Shown here piece by piece: positions 30,691 to 42,779 of a stretch of 64,000 nucleotides of DNA. How positions within the stretch are numbered: the first letter of the stretch is position 1; every line of letters starts with the position of its first letter. Position numbers and translations under genes: made by a program. The stretch is from the NCBI GenBank assembly GCA_002269645.1, contig NIVC01001803.1, positions 1 through 64,000 on the forward strand, written 5' to 3'. The notes under the pieces were generated by a model that had not been told where the DNA came from, did no database searches, and saw only the letters and a program-made list of their open reading frames with translations. The stretch is from Macrostomum lignano. Its lineage: Eukaryota.

Positions 30691-31179
30691 ACATACTGTA
30701 AATTGTCAAAAAAATTGTTTTGATTTTGTTTAACAGTGTATCTCTAATAAAAGCGGTGCACTGAGAAATCTTGGCTAATTAGAAATTTGAACCCCCGTTG
30801 TTGACGGCGGCGAGCTCAGCCCCGCCTAATTCTGCATCATTTAGAGCTGTCAGCCTCCTCACTGCAGAGAATCTGACCAGCTCATTGTGCTTTCGAACTG
30901 ACCGCCTTCTGCTCTGCTAAACAGAAGAAACTCTTGTTAGATCATTCGAGCTGCACCCTTCGGACTGCCTTTGGCTTGGGAAGACCGCTCAGCAACTTCT
31001 CAAAGCACCGCTCACTGCACTCTCTTCTCAGCTTTTCTTACCTGACGGAGCAGCACCTGGCAGGCTGCACACTTGTGCAACTGCTGGCAGCCCAGCCCCA
31101 TCTCCACGTGCCTGCCCTCTGTCGGGTCTCCTGCCGCTGCCCCGCTCCGCAGCAGCAGCTCTGAGTCAGTGCGAATCGG

Positions 31180-32056
31180 ATCCCAGCTCAGCTTCTCTAT
31201 TCTCCATCAGATCCCAGCTCAGCTTCTCTATTCTCCATCAGATCCCAGCTCAGCTTCTCTATTTTCCATCAGATTCCAGCTCAGCTTCTCTACTCTCCAT
31301 CAGATCCCAGCTCAGCTTCTCTATTCTCCATCAGATCCCAGCTCAGCTTCTCTATTCTCCATCAGATCCCAGCTCAGCTTCTCTACTCTCCATCAGATCC
31401 CAGCTCAGCTTCTCTATTTTCCATCAGATCCCAGCTCAGCTTCTCTATTCTCCATCAGATCCCAGCTCAGCTTCTCTATTTTCCATCAGATCCCAGCTCA
31501 GCTTCTCTATTTTCCATCAGATCCCAGCTCAGCTTCTCTACTCTCCATCAGATCCCAACTCAGCTTCTCTACTCTCCATCAGATCCCAGCTCAGCTTCTC
31601 TATTTTCCATCAGATCCCAGCTCAGCTTCTCTACTCTCCATCAGATCCCAGCTCAGCTTCTCTACTCTCCATCAGATCCCAGCTCAGCTTCTCTACTCTC
31701 CATCAGATCCCAGCTCAGCTTCTCTATTCTCCATCAGATCCCAGCTCAGCTTCTCTATTCTCCATCAGATCCCAGCTCAGCTTCTCTATTTTCCATCAGA
31801 TCCCAGCTCAGCTTCTCTACTCTCCATCAGATCCCAGCTCAGCTTCTCTATTTTCCATCAGATCCCAGCTCAGCTTCTCTACTCTCCATCAGATCCCAGC
31901 TCAGCTTCTCTACTCTCCATCAGATCCCAGCTCAGCTTCTCTACTCTCCATCAGATCCCAGCTCAGCTTCTCTATTCTCCATCAGATCCCAGCTCATCTT
32001 CTCTATTCTCCATCAGATCCCAGCTCAGCTTCTCTATTCTCCATCAGATCCCAGCT
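31180..32056. repeat. 31-bp minisatellite CAGATCCCAGCTCAGCTTCTCTA(T/C)T(C/T)TCCAT, about 28 copies
   Basis: Read directly. Confidence 0.95.
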
Positions 32057-32561
32057 CAGACTCCGTCCAATAAAATTTGCTTTCTCTAGTTTTTAGAAAC
32101 CTAAAGAAGCAAAAAAAGTGCAGCTGGCCGCCAGCCCAGCCTCCGCCCGTCATATCTGAGCACAGACGCGAAGGTGCAGTGGGGGACAGGCAGGTTGCTC
32201 AAGCACAATGCAGAATCTCCATTGTGCAAGGCAGGGGCTGCAACTCAGACAATCGCCAATTGAATCTCGCTTTGGCAGTGGCTTCAAAATGCCTGACTAA
32301 AATATGCGATATACATGTATGAGACAGCCTGACAAAATGAATTCAGCTCAGTGTCTCTGCCCTCTCATGCTGAGATCTCTGACGCTCTCAGTTTTAGATT
32401 TGCGGAGTTGTCTTGCGCCCACCAGCTATCGTCTGCACAAGGACCACTAGGAATTCACTTCAAGTCTAGCAGTCCTTGCGTTTGCATTGAGCCAGTTCTG
32501 CTTAGCATTGCCTATGAGCTCAAGAAATTTTTGTGCCTGGAGTTAGAGTTGTAGTTCTGCC

Positions 32562-33147
32562 ATCTCTTTACTCTCTCTGCTCTAATCTCTCTGCAGCTGG
32601 CTCTACTCTCTCTGCAGCTGCTCTAATCTCTCTGCAGCTGGCTCTACTCTCTCTGCAGCTGCTCTAATCTCTCTGCAGCTGGCTCTACTCTCTCTGCAGC
32701 TTCTCTACACTCTCTGCAGCTTCTCTACTCTCTCTGCAGCTGCTCTACTATCTCTGCAGCTGTCTCTACTCTCTCTGCAGCTGCTCTAATCTCTCTGCAG
32801 CTGCTCTAATCTCTCTGCAGCTGGCTCTACTCTCTCTGCAGCTTCTCTACACTCTCTGCAGCTTCTCTACTCTCTCTGCAGCTGCTCTACTATCTCTGCA
32901 GCTGCTCTAATCTCTCTGCAGCTGGCTCTACTCTCTCTGCAGCTTCTCTACACTCTCTGCAGCTTCTCTACTCTCTCTGCAGCTGCTCTACTATCTCTGC
33001 AGCTGCTCTAATCTCTCTGCAGCTGGCTCTACTCTCTCTGCAGCTTCTCTACACTCTCTGCAGCTTCTCTACTCTCTCTGCAGCTGCTCTACTATCTCTG
33101 CAGCTGTCTCTACTATCTCTGCAGCTGTCTCTACTATCTCTGCAGCT
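32562..33147. repeat. 19-21 bp minisatellite with CTCTCTGCAGCT core
   Basis: Read directly; variant units recur as higher-order blocks. Confidence 0.93.
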
Positions 33148-34026
33148 AATATTTCAGAATCTCACTCTCTTTCACTCCCCTAATTTCATACAATTTTTTC
33201 AGCAGTTGAGTTAAACAAACACGACAGCCCCTCAGTGCTGAGAGTTGTGCAGTTCCGATATGCTAGAGAGTCACACATGAGTATATTTGATCGATTCGTC
33301 AGTAGAGCTCAAAAAAGCGACAGCAACTGATGAGAAATAGCAAAGAGCTTCAGTACAAATTGGCATTTGAGCAGCTTGAGGGAGGGCAGAGAGTAAAAGA
33401 CTGGTGGGGAGGAGAAACAAACAGGCCGTAACGCATGCGGTGCAGATAAACAGTTTGTGCTCAAAATTAAAAGTTCATGGGAGCATCTGGCACTCAGTCT
33501 AAGGGAAATTAAAGCAGTCATAGCCTATGTCTGCGGGAAATTTATAAAACTGTTCTGAGATAAAGGCGAAAATCGGGACAACTCGAGACAAGAAATTGAA
33601 AAGTTGAATAAATTTTGTCTGACATTCAAGCAGGCTAAACAAAATATTTGAGCCGAGTCAAAAATTTGCAGTTTGTTGGAAAATCCTCCTTAATTGATTA
33701 CAAAGTGCTGGAAAAATTATAAAGCGGTCTCAATGCCATTCAATTCCTGAATGCGACTTTGTAGAAATAGGACTTAGCACTCGTAGTTAAAGTTAGATTA
33801 GCCAGTCACAGACAATTCGATAAAACTTTTGTATGTTTTATTTGCGCTAAAGTACAAAGCACAAAACTAAAAGTGCATACGCTGGTATCAAAACTTTCGT
33901 TGAAATGTTGAAATCGAAACGCTAACCGAAGCATGCATATCATTACATGTAGGGATGAAATTAGGGAAAGTTCAAAGACAATTATTGTAAGCTAGACTGC
34001 AAAAGCAGAAATTTTCAGACACAGTT

Positions 34027-34995
34027 TTAAAACCATCTCGGCTTAGCTCGTAGCGTATACGAGCCAGGCTTTTTCGTCAGGAACTCGTGCTCCAGCAACT
34101 GCTGCGCTGAGTTTCTCTCGCTGCGGGTCTTGGCGGTGCAGCGGCTGTAGAAGTCCCTCAGCTCTGCGGACCGGCCGTCCGGCAATGCGGGCGCGCCCCT
34201 CCTGTCAAGATATTGGGCCATTTCCCAGAAGCTTTTGAATCTGGAGAACGGTCTGGCACCGGACGCCATCTGGAAGACCAAGCAGCCGAATGCCCAGATG
34301 TCCGACTCTCTGCTGCTGCTGCATTGCATGCTGTCAAAGGTCCCAATTCCGAGCAGCTCCGGCGCCAAGAAGTTCAGAGTGCCTTTGGGTGACTGAGTGG
34401 AGGCTGAGATGTGGCTGACTGACTGCTCCAGCTTGATTGACAGACCGAAGTCGATCAGCTTGATTCGCGTGTTGTCAGCACAAACAATTATGTTGGAGCA
34501 GTTGATGTCTCTGTGGATCACGGGCGGCTGTCGGCAGTGCAGGTAGAGCAGCGCGCGGCAGATCTGCGAGCGGTCGGTCAGTGAGCAGTCATCATTCATT
34601 GGAAAATGGAACAGGAGCATCAAGGATGCACAATGCTCACCTGCTCGCTGAAGTCTCGAATCTTTGGCTCGTCCAGCGGCTTGTTGTTGATAAACCTCTC
34701 CAAGCTCCGGCCGTCCAGCAGCTCCATGAACACAACGACTGTGGCGGGCTCCGTCTGAGCGATGTGCAAGAACCTGACGATGTTGGGATGCCGCAGTCGG
34801 CACAGGTTTTTCTCGCTCTCAACAGCTTTATCGATATTCTTCATTTTCGTCTCCTTCTGATCGCCGAGCTGCACAGGCAGTCTGAGAGTCTTGGCGGCGC
34901 ACCTGATGCCTCTGTCAGTGACAACTTCCTGGATGTCACCAAAAAATCCCCTGGCAACAAAGCGAATGGAGTCCCAGCTGTCCTTGAAAACGGAG
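34027..34995 (-). CDS. Kinase module B2, no ANK exons of its own, divergent Gly-rich loop
   Basis: Exons 34641-34995 (RFVARGFFGDIQEV...CAAK) and 34027-34563 (HRDINCSN, DFG, FLAPE); same intron position as its paralogs. Confidence 0.8.
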
Positions 34996-35382
34996 CTGTT
35001 GGAACAATTTGGAAAGCGAGTCAGAAAGCGTTGAGCCGCTTATCAGAATTTTTGGCATCGCCTGACAGAAAGGCTAAAATAAGGAGATGCACGGGAGCCT
35101 CAGCAGATGGAGGGATTGGTTGGATTTCATATTCAGTAAAACTCAGCTGCTTATAATTTGCAGCAACTCCCTCGAACTGTTTTTGAGTCTGAGCAGGGCT
35201 TCTGCTTTATCAAAGAAATTGAGCTCAATTCTATTACTCTTAGATTCAAGCTGGCGCTTCGGTGCCCACTGCTCAAAGTAGACGGCGCATCTTTAGCGTG
35301 AGCACAGGGAGCCGCTTGACTACTGATAGAAAAATGTTACACTGGTCTCCCCTCAGCATGAGCATCATATCGCACAGGTATC

Positions 35383-38300
35383 TCAGGCTAGCCGAATTAC
35401 TGTAAATTTGTACCTCACGATAAGAAACTCGTGCCCCATCAGCTCCAGAGCGGATTTTCTGCTTTTGCGGTCCATGGCGGTGCAGCGGCTGTAGAAGTCC
35501 TGCAGCTCCGCTGAGCAGCCCGTCGGCAGGGTGGGGGCGCCGCTGCTTCTCAGCTTCTCGGGCAGCGTGTGTCGCATTTTGTGTTCAGCGAAGGGCCGCC
35601 TGCCCGAGGCCATCTGGAAGACCGAGCAGCCGAACGCCCAGATGTCCGACTCTCTGCTGTACCGCGGGTTGTCCGACTCCTCCGGTGCCAGCAGCTCCGG
35701 AGCCATGAAGTTCAGAGTGCCTTTGGGTGACTGAGTGGAGGCTGACATGTGGCTGACTGACTGCTCCAGCTTGATTGACAGGCCGAAGTCGATCAGCTTG
35801 ATTCGCGTGTTGTCAGCACAAACAATTATGTTCGAGCAGTTGATGTCTCTGTGGATCACGGGCGGCTGCCGGCTGTGCAGGTAGAGCAGCGCGCGGCAGA
35901 TCTGCGAGCGGTCGGTCAGTGAGCAGTCATCATTCATGGGAAAATGGAACAGGAGCATCAAGGATGCACAATGCTCACCTGCTCGCTGAAGTCTCGAATA
36001 GTCAGCTCGTCCAGCGGCTTGTTGTTGATAAACCTCTCCAAGCTCCGGCCGTCCAGCAGCTCCATGAACACAACGACTATGGCGGGCTCCGGCTGAGCGA
36101 TGTGCAAGAACGTGACGATGTTGGGATGCCGCAGTCGGCACAGGTTTTTCTCGCTCTCGACAGCTCTGTGGATCTCTGTGCTCACAGAGTCCAGCTCATC
36201 ACCGAGCTGCACAGGCAGTCTGAGAGTCTTGGCAGCGCACGTGACGCCCGTGTCAGTTCGAACTTCGTGGACATCGCCGAAGCCTCCGCGGCCGATGAGG
36301 CGAACGACGTCCCAGCGCTCCAGGAACGGGGGGCCTTCGGGTCTGAGGGGATGCGAATTGAGGGATAATTTGCATGCTGTCGCTGTGTGCTGTAGCTGTG
36401 TGCTGTAGCTGTGTGTGCTGTCGCTGTGTGCTGTAGCTGTGTGTTCTGTAGCTGTGTGCTGTAGCTGTGTGTGCTGTAGCTGTGTGCTGTAGCTGTATGT
36501 GCTGTAGCTGTGTGTGCTGTAGCTGTGTGTGCTGTAGCTGTGTGTGCTGTAGCTGTGTGTGCTGTAGCTGTGTGTGCTGTATCTGTGTGTGCTGTAGCTG
36601 TATGTGCTGTAGCTGTGTGCTGTAGCTGTGTGTGCTGTAGCTGTATGTGCTGTAGCTGTGTGCTGTAGCTGTATGTGCTGTAGCTGTGTGCTGTAGCTGT
36701 GTGTGCTGTAGCTGTGTGTGCTGTAGCTGTGTGCTGTAGCTGTGTGTGCTGTAGCTGTGTGCTGTAGCTGTGTGTGCTGTAGCTGTGTGTGCTGTAGCTG
36801 TGTGTGCTGTATCTGTGTGTGCTGTAGCTGTATGTGCTGTAGCTGTGTGCTGTAGCTGTGTGTGCTGTAGCTGTGTGTGCTGTAGCTGTGTGCTGTAGCT
36901 GTGTGTGCTGTAGCTGTGTGCGCTGTAGCTGTGTGTGCTGTAGCTGTGTGTGCTGTAGCTGTGTGTGCTGTAGCTGTGTGTGCTGTATCTGTGTGTGCTG
37001 TAGCTGTATGTGCTGTAGCTGTGTGCTGTAGCTGTGTGTGCTGTAGCTGTGTGTGCTGTAGCTGTGTGCTGTAGCTGTGTGTGCTGTAGCTGTATGTGCT
37101 GTAGCTGTGTGCTGTAGCTGTGTGTGCTGTAGCTGTGTGTGCTGTAGCTGTGTGCTGTAGCTGTGTGTGCTGTAGCTGTGTGCTGTAGCTGTGTGTGCTG
37201 TAGCTGTGTGTGCTGTAGCTGTGTGTGCTGTAGCTGTGTGTGCTGTATCTGTGTGTGCTGTAGCTGTATGTGCTGTAGCTGTGTGCTGTAGCTGTGTGTG
37301 CTGTAGCTGTGTGTGCTGTAGCTGTGTGCTGTAGCTGTGTGTGCTGTAGCTGTGTGCGCTGTAGCTGTGTGTGCTGTAGCTGTGTGTGCTGTAGCTGTGT
37401 GTGCTGTAGCTGTGTGTGCTGTATCTGTGTGTGCTGTAGCTGTATGTGCTGTAGCTGTGTGCTGTAGCTGTGTGTGCTGTAGCTGTGTGTGCTGTAGCTG
37501 TGTGCTGTAGCTGTGTGTGCTGTAGCTGTGTGCGCTGTAGCTGTGTGTGCTGTAGCTGTGTGTGCTGTAGCTGTGTGTGCTGTAGCTGTGTGTGCTGTAT
37601 CTGTGTGTGCTGTAGCTGTATGTGCTGTAGCTGTGTGCTGTAGCTGTGTGTGCTGTAGCTGTGTGCGCTGTAGCTGTGTGTGCTGTAGCTGTGTGCGCTG
37701 TAGCTGTGTGCTGTAGCTGTGTGTGCTGTAGCTGTGTGTGTTGTAGCTGTGTGTGCTGTAGCTGTGTGCGGTACTCATTGATGCTAATCGAAGTAGCCCT
37801 CTCTTTCAAATCTGAAACATTTTGACCATGAATTTTTTTAGATTTTTTGGATCCTAAAAATACTTTAATACTAAAAGTTAAATTAATTCATACATATTAA
37901 AACATCCAATGTATCAATACAATTAATTTTTTACTAATATTACTTGCAAGATTTGTTCTGTTTTAAATTCTGACTTCCATTTCTTCTTTTATTTTGGACT
38001 CAGCAAAATGCTTGCTGGTGTCTCACAGCTCGCAGGCAGCTGAACATTAATATTCAACTGGCAATCTGCAGTCAAACTGCACTGCAAACTCCCTCAATGC
38101 AGCTCAGTCAGTCCTTGCTGCCCATTTAAACTACAAAAATGTAAAAATGCCCACTCAGAGCAACTGCAGTCAGCTGCTCAAAATTCAATCATAAATTATT
38201 ACAGTATAGTTTTTATCAATGATAAATCAAAGTCAGAGAGACATTCTCAGTCGACATCGAAACTCACCCACGCGGCAGCTCAGCCAGTTCGCTTTTCCAC

Positions 38301-40069
38301 CCAGCAGCCAGAGCAGTCCTGCCGCCTCTGGCCTTCAGGCTCCCATCCGCCACTGAGTCAAGCGATTTCCACCGATTCCCGGCATTGTAGGAGGCTCCAG
38401 CAGCCAGCAGAGCGGAGGCTGCGGCAGAATTGCCAGCACTGGCTGCATGGTGCAGACAACTGGCAGCTACTATATCCACACAGGTGGGGTCACCCAGCTG
38501 CACCAGCTGCTCCCACAGAGCCTCATCACCGCACGTGCAGTTCCGAGCTGCATGCATCAACGCGGTGCGACCCCATTTGTCAGGAAGGTCGCAGCTGCCG
38601 CGGGTCGCCGCTCGCCGCAGCCCCGCCCAGTCGCCCGCCTCGGCCAGCCGCTGCAGTTTGTGTCGATCCGCCTCCTCCTGCAAAGGCAAGCGGGAAATTT
38701 GAGCACAGCTGCTCAGCTGCAGCCGCATCGGCACCGCAGATGCCGCTCACCTGGGCTGTCAGGCCGCAGATATCGCCATGTGCATCCAAAATTAGCCGCA
38801 TCTCCCTGCAACAGCAGCAAATTTGCGATTTTCTCAAATCCGAAAACTACGATTGCCAAAAACGTCTGTACAATATAATTTTTATGATAAATTTAGTAAA
38901 AACAAATTCCTTAATTATTTGAGCTGCTCGCAGATGGAGTTTCCAAGAGGACTGCAGCAGCTCTGCAACAATCAGCATTGGCGAGAGCGTATCCGACTTC
39001 TCACATGCAGCTCATTTTCCATTTCTGCAGCATGAGTTTCCTTCCATCTCACAATGTCTCACAAAGCATTCACGTACAGCCTCCCAGTTCTCCATCTGCA
39101 GCTCAACCCACACACTCTCACTGCACACCGAGGCCCTACAGCTTCCATTCTCGACTGAGATCAACCGGCACCCTATTGACTGGGAGGCAGCCAGCCAATC
39201 ACAGCTCTCGCCCATCAAGCGGTTAGCCAGAGACAAGATCAGCTGACTGGCTCTGATTGGCTGGCCTGAGACTGCAGCTCTGGCCACCCCAGCCGAATGC
39301 TGCAAAACTTGATGAACACAGCAGCGAACTGCTCACTCACCGCTCGATGTAGCTGGCCAGCTCTGGGTAGCCGCTGCGCCTCGCCAGGTCCGACGCAGAA
39401 CGACGCTCGCGATTCTTCAGTCCGATCAGCCGCGACCTTTTCGAGTTTTCACGATTCTCATACTCGTTGAACCCGTCCTGCCTGAGCAGGTGCAGTAGGT
39501 GCTTGACGCATTTCCAGCTTCCAGTCCGCGCCGCCTCAATCAGCGGAGTGGCGCCGTTGTCGTTCCGCAGCCACTTCGCATCGAACGACTGCAGCGTCAG
39601 CAGCCGCAGGTGGTCCCGCCGGGCTGCCAGGTGCGCAGCCGTGTCGCCATTCGCGTCAGCCGCCTTGGGGTTCGCGCCCAGCTCAAATAAGTACAAGATG
39701 CACTTTTCAGTGTGCACGGGAGTCTCAGGAGCGTCGGCCACCAGCATGAGGACGGTCCGACGAGCTGCATCAGCGCTGGTGACCAGCTTGCGCGTTGCCA
39801 GCCGCCGCACCTGTCCGAAGTCACCTCGGATGACGTCGTGAGCGAGAGTGTGGAGATCGGCTGGTGAGTCTCCGACTCTTGCCCGGTTTCTGGGGTCCGG
39901 CTGAGTGAGTTTCTGCAACTGCAATCGAGGCACCCAAGCTGCACATTCAAACATGTGAGTGAGTTGCTGCAACTGCATTTGAGAATAAAATATTACTAAG
40001 CTTGCATTTGTTTAACTTAACTCTACTTACTTTTTCGTCAGGAAATGGTAATATCCATGGCTCCATCAT
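35383..40069 (-). CDS. Ankyrin-repeat plus Ser/Thr kinase gene, copy B (frame intact)
   Basis: Exons 40031-40069 (MMEPWILPFPDEK, inferred start), 39341-39972 (or 39918), 38751-38805, 38268-38677, 35979-36342, 35383-35901. All phases are compatible and no frameshift is needed. Confidence 0.82.
36376..37769. repeat. 13/15-bp GCTGTAGCTGTGT(GT) satellite in the ANK-kinase intron of copy B
   Basis: About 1.4 kb; the same unit occurs at 50880-51066 and 59470-59507. Confidence 0.96.
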
Positions 40070-42779
40070 GACTGGAGCTCAGTCGCAGGTGTCTCAGCTC
40101 AGCCCGAGAGTCCGGCAGGGCACCGGCCGCCTCTGCAGCAGATTTTATTGGCCCTGGAGCAGCTGCAGCGAACTCCTTCTCAAACTGCCTGCTCAGATTG
40201 CGGCTGCTTTTGCTGGCTTGTGCGGTCGCCTCTGCCCAGCTTTCTGCCTCTCCCATTGGCTCTGAGGTAACAGCAGAACTGCTGCAATATCAGTGCGTGG
40301 CTACTTGAGTTAGTAGTGCATTGAGCAGGCGTGAATCAGATTGAGCCCTGAGTGTGCAGTCAGATTAAACGAGAAAGTAGTTAGCAATATTGAGTGATTT
40401 TTTAAAGAGATTAAAAATTATCAATTGAAGGTATCAAGCTGAAATGAATTAATCCCAAATGTTTTATTAATTATTCATTTTATTCATTGAAAGAAATTCG
40501 GTTTGTGATTTGACTCATATTTTTGTGTGATATCCTAAAACGCTGTTGTCGAAAGTTTTAAGTAAAAAAACAAATCCAGCTCATTTCTGTGGCTGCGTTT
40601 TTAATTACTGTGTGGTTTATCTTCACCTTCCTGGCTTGGCAGCAACTTCTTGACGCAGCACTTTGGCCATCGAAACGAGTTCTTAAGCGAAAGTGCGTAC
40701 GCACTAATATCATATCCTCCATTTTGTTGTAGCCTGTCTGGTGATGCACCAACTCGAGTTTGGTACTGCCGCATGGTGGAGCCTCCACGGTTCTCCGCTG
40801 TCGTCGGTGTTTGAGTTTCTGTTCTCCGGAGTGTGATAGATCAGCTATGCTGCTTGTTTCAAGTGGTAGAAGAACACGTGAGAGCTATCGAAGCTCTGAT
40901 GTCTGTATTTATATTGTAAAGCGATGCTACGTGCGCAAGAGCAATGACATAATTTTAGCGTACACAGATTGCCCATAACTCAATTGACAATAACTCAAAC
41001 CTAACGTGCCAAGCTTGCGTAGATAATAAGAGATAAAGAAATAATAAGAAAGTACAAATACGAATCAATACTCACACTGGGTGCATGCACATACTAGAGA
41101 TTACGATTTCTGACTTGATAAAATGGGAGATCGGTATCGGTACCCGGAGATCCTGATCAAAGCTTAGTTTTGAACTCGTGACGAAGATTGGCAAACGGTG
41201 CAGAATCTCCTGGGGACAACAGAATCTGGTTTAGGATCTCCGGATGGGGAGAACTGACCATGCCCCGGAGATCCCACAATAGATACGGATCTCCCGCGGA
41301 GACCCATAACCTTTTGTAGTCTCCGAAGGCGATCCTAAACCCTTTAAGGTCTCCGGTCGCAGATCCCAGCCCGTTTGCAGTCTCCGAATCGGCGACCTAA
41401 AACTGTCCGGAGCCCCGTACGCTCGTAGATTATAATTCGTAACACGTGTTGGCGGCGTGGCGGGAATGCTGCAGATGCGTCAGTTGCCGCAGAGACAGTC
41501 GGTGGATCTGAATGAACGGGGAACTGGGAAGTTTTTAGCAAATCTGGACTGGGCCCTCTAGCAGCTGCATGGTCCGTGTGCCGGGCCTGCACGGTGCGCC
41601 CAGAATCGACAGTGCAGTTTCAAGCGTCAGGTGTGCAATAACGACTCTCTCAGCTCAGCGATTGCTGGCTGTCGTCGGCTCTGCATGGCCTCGAGAGATT
41701 GGAATTGACGTACTGGCTGCTGCAGCTGCAGTTGCCGTTGCTGCCGCTGCTGCATGCGATCGTGGCCTGGCCGATGGTCGCTGTGTGGAATGGCTCTGAG
41801 AAAATGTGCTGAATGCAATTATTAGAACTGGTGAGCAGTTCCCTATTTGTTATCATGAATGCATTGCTCACAAGAAACAACCTAAACGCCAAATTTAGTT
41901 CCGTGTTTTATTTTACAGTACTGAGTTTCAAAGTGCTTGCATGTGTAATTTCAGAAAAGTGAAAGATAAGATTTTATATTCGGAACCTTATTCTTTACTT
42001 CGAGCCAGATGGTTGCTAGAATAACTCGATATGAAAGACGAACTATATGATACGCTATAGAAACGATAAAAAACGAAAAGGCCTTTTGAGCGAGATGCTC
42101 TGGGTCGATAGATTTATAAATTAAGTGAAAGCGTACAATACACGATTGAGCGTAATATCGGGTTTGGCGATCAGTAAAGAGTGAATGTGGTGTGATCAAT
42201 AATTGGGGGCTGCACGTATGAACAGCATAAATATTCTAACCTAATTGAGTGTACATTTAGCTATTGCAAACGAAAAAGTGCAAGAAATACCACGACACAA
42301 TGGCAGCTCCAGAACACCAGAACTGCCGCATGAACCGAGTGCACCCCTTCTTTCCTGTATTTGGATTTGTGCACAAGAGGGAATATTTTTGTTGTAAATT
42401 ATTTTTTTGAGATGGTGAGGACCCTGTACTGATGGTTGAAAGTCGTTGAGATCAGGTTTTGGGCAGCAAAATAGATGCAGTTTGAGGAATGCGAATTGAA
42501 AATGAATAATGCGTATAATGAATAATCATTAATGAATGATGAATCATTGCTATTTCTTTGGGGATGATACTACATATAGAATCAATGGGGTTATTGAAGC
42601 TGTGGAGAATTCTGTTCTGAAAGTGCCTGATTAGGGATTGGTCAAGCGGCAGGTAAAAGAATTATTATGCTCAAAGATTTTCAAAATATTTCAACCATAT
42701 TTTTTTGATTTCTTTGGGAATACTCGATATAGAATTATGGGATTATAGAGCAATTGGACAAATTGAAAACGCTGTTGAC

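Noticed and set aside
29858-30723. Pro-Ala-rich (283 aa) and Leu-Gly-Glu-rich ORFs
   Set aside because: Hexamer satellite translations with no non-repetitive coding flanks.
31073-32089. 338-aa repetitive ORF
   Set aside because: A 31-bp minisatellite cycling through frames.
34027-36141. ORF-track N-termini MPTAASQHR... and MNDDCSLTDRSQ attached to kinase C-lobes
   Set aside because: These are off-frame exon or intron sequence; the true N-lobe is in another frame and joins by splicing at CAG|ATCTGCCGC.
35958-37809. 606-aa and 518-aa His/Thr/Gln-rich ORFs fused to the kinase N-lobe
   Set aside because: They read through an intronic satellite; the real exon starts at the conserved CAG acceptor at 36342, as in the other copies.
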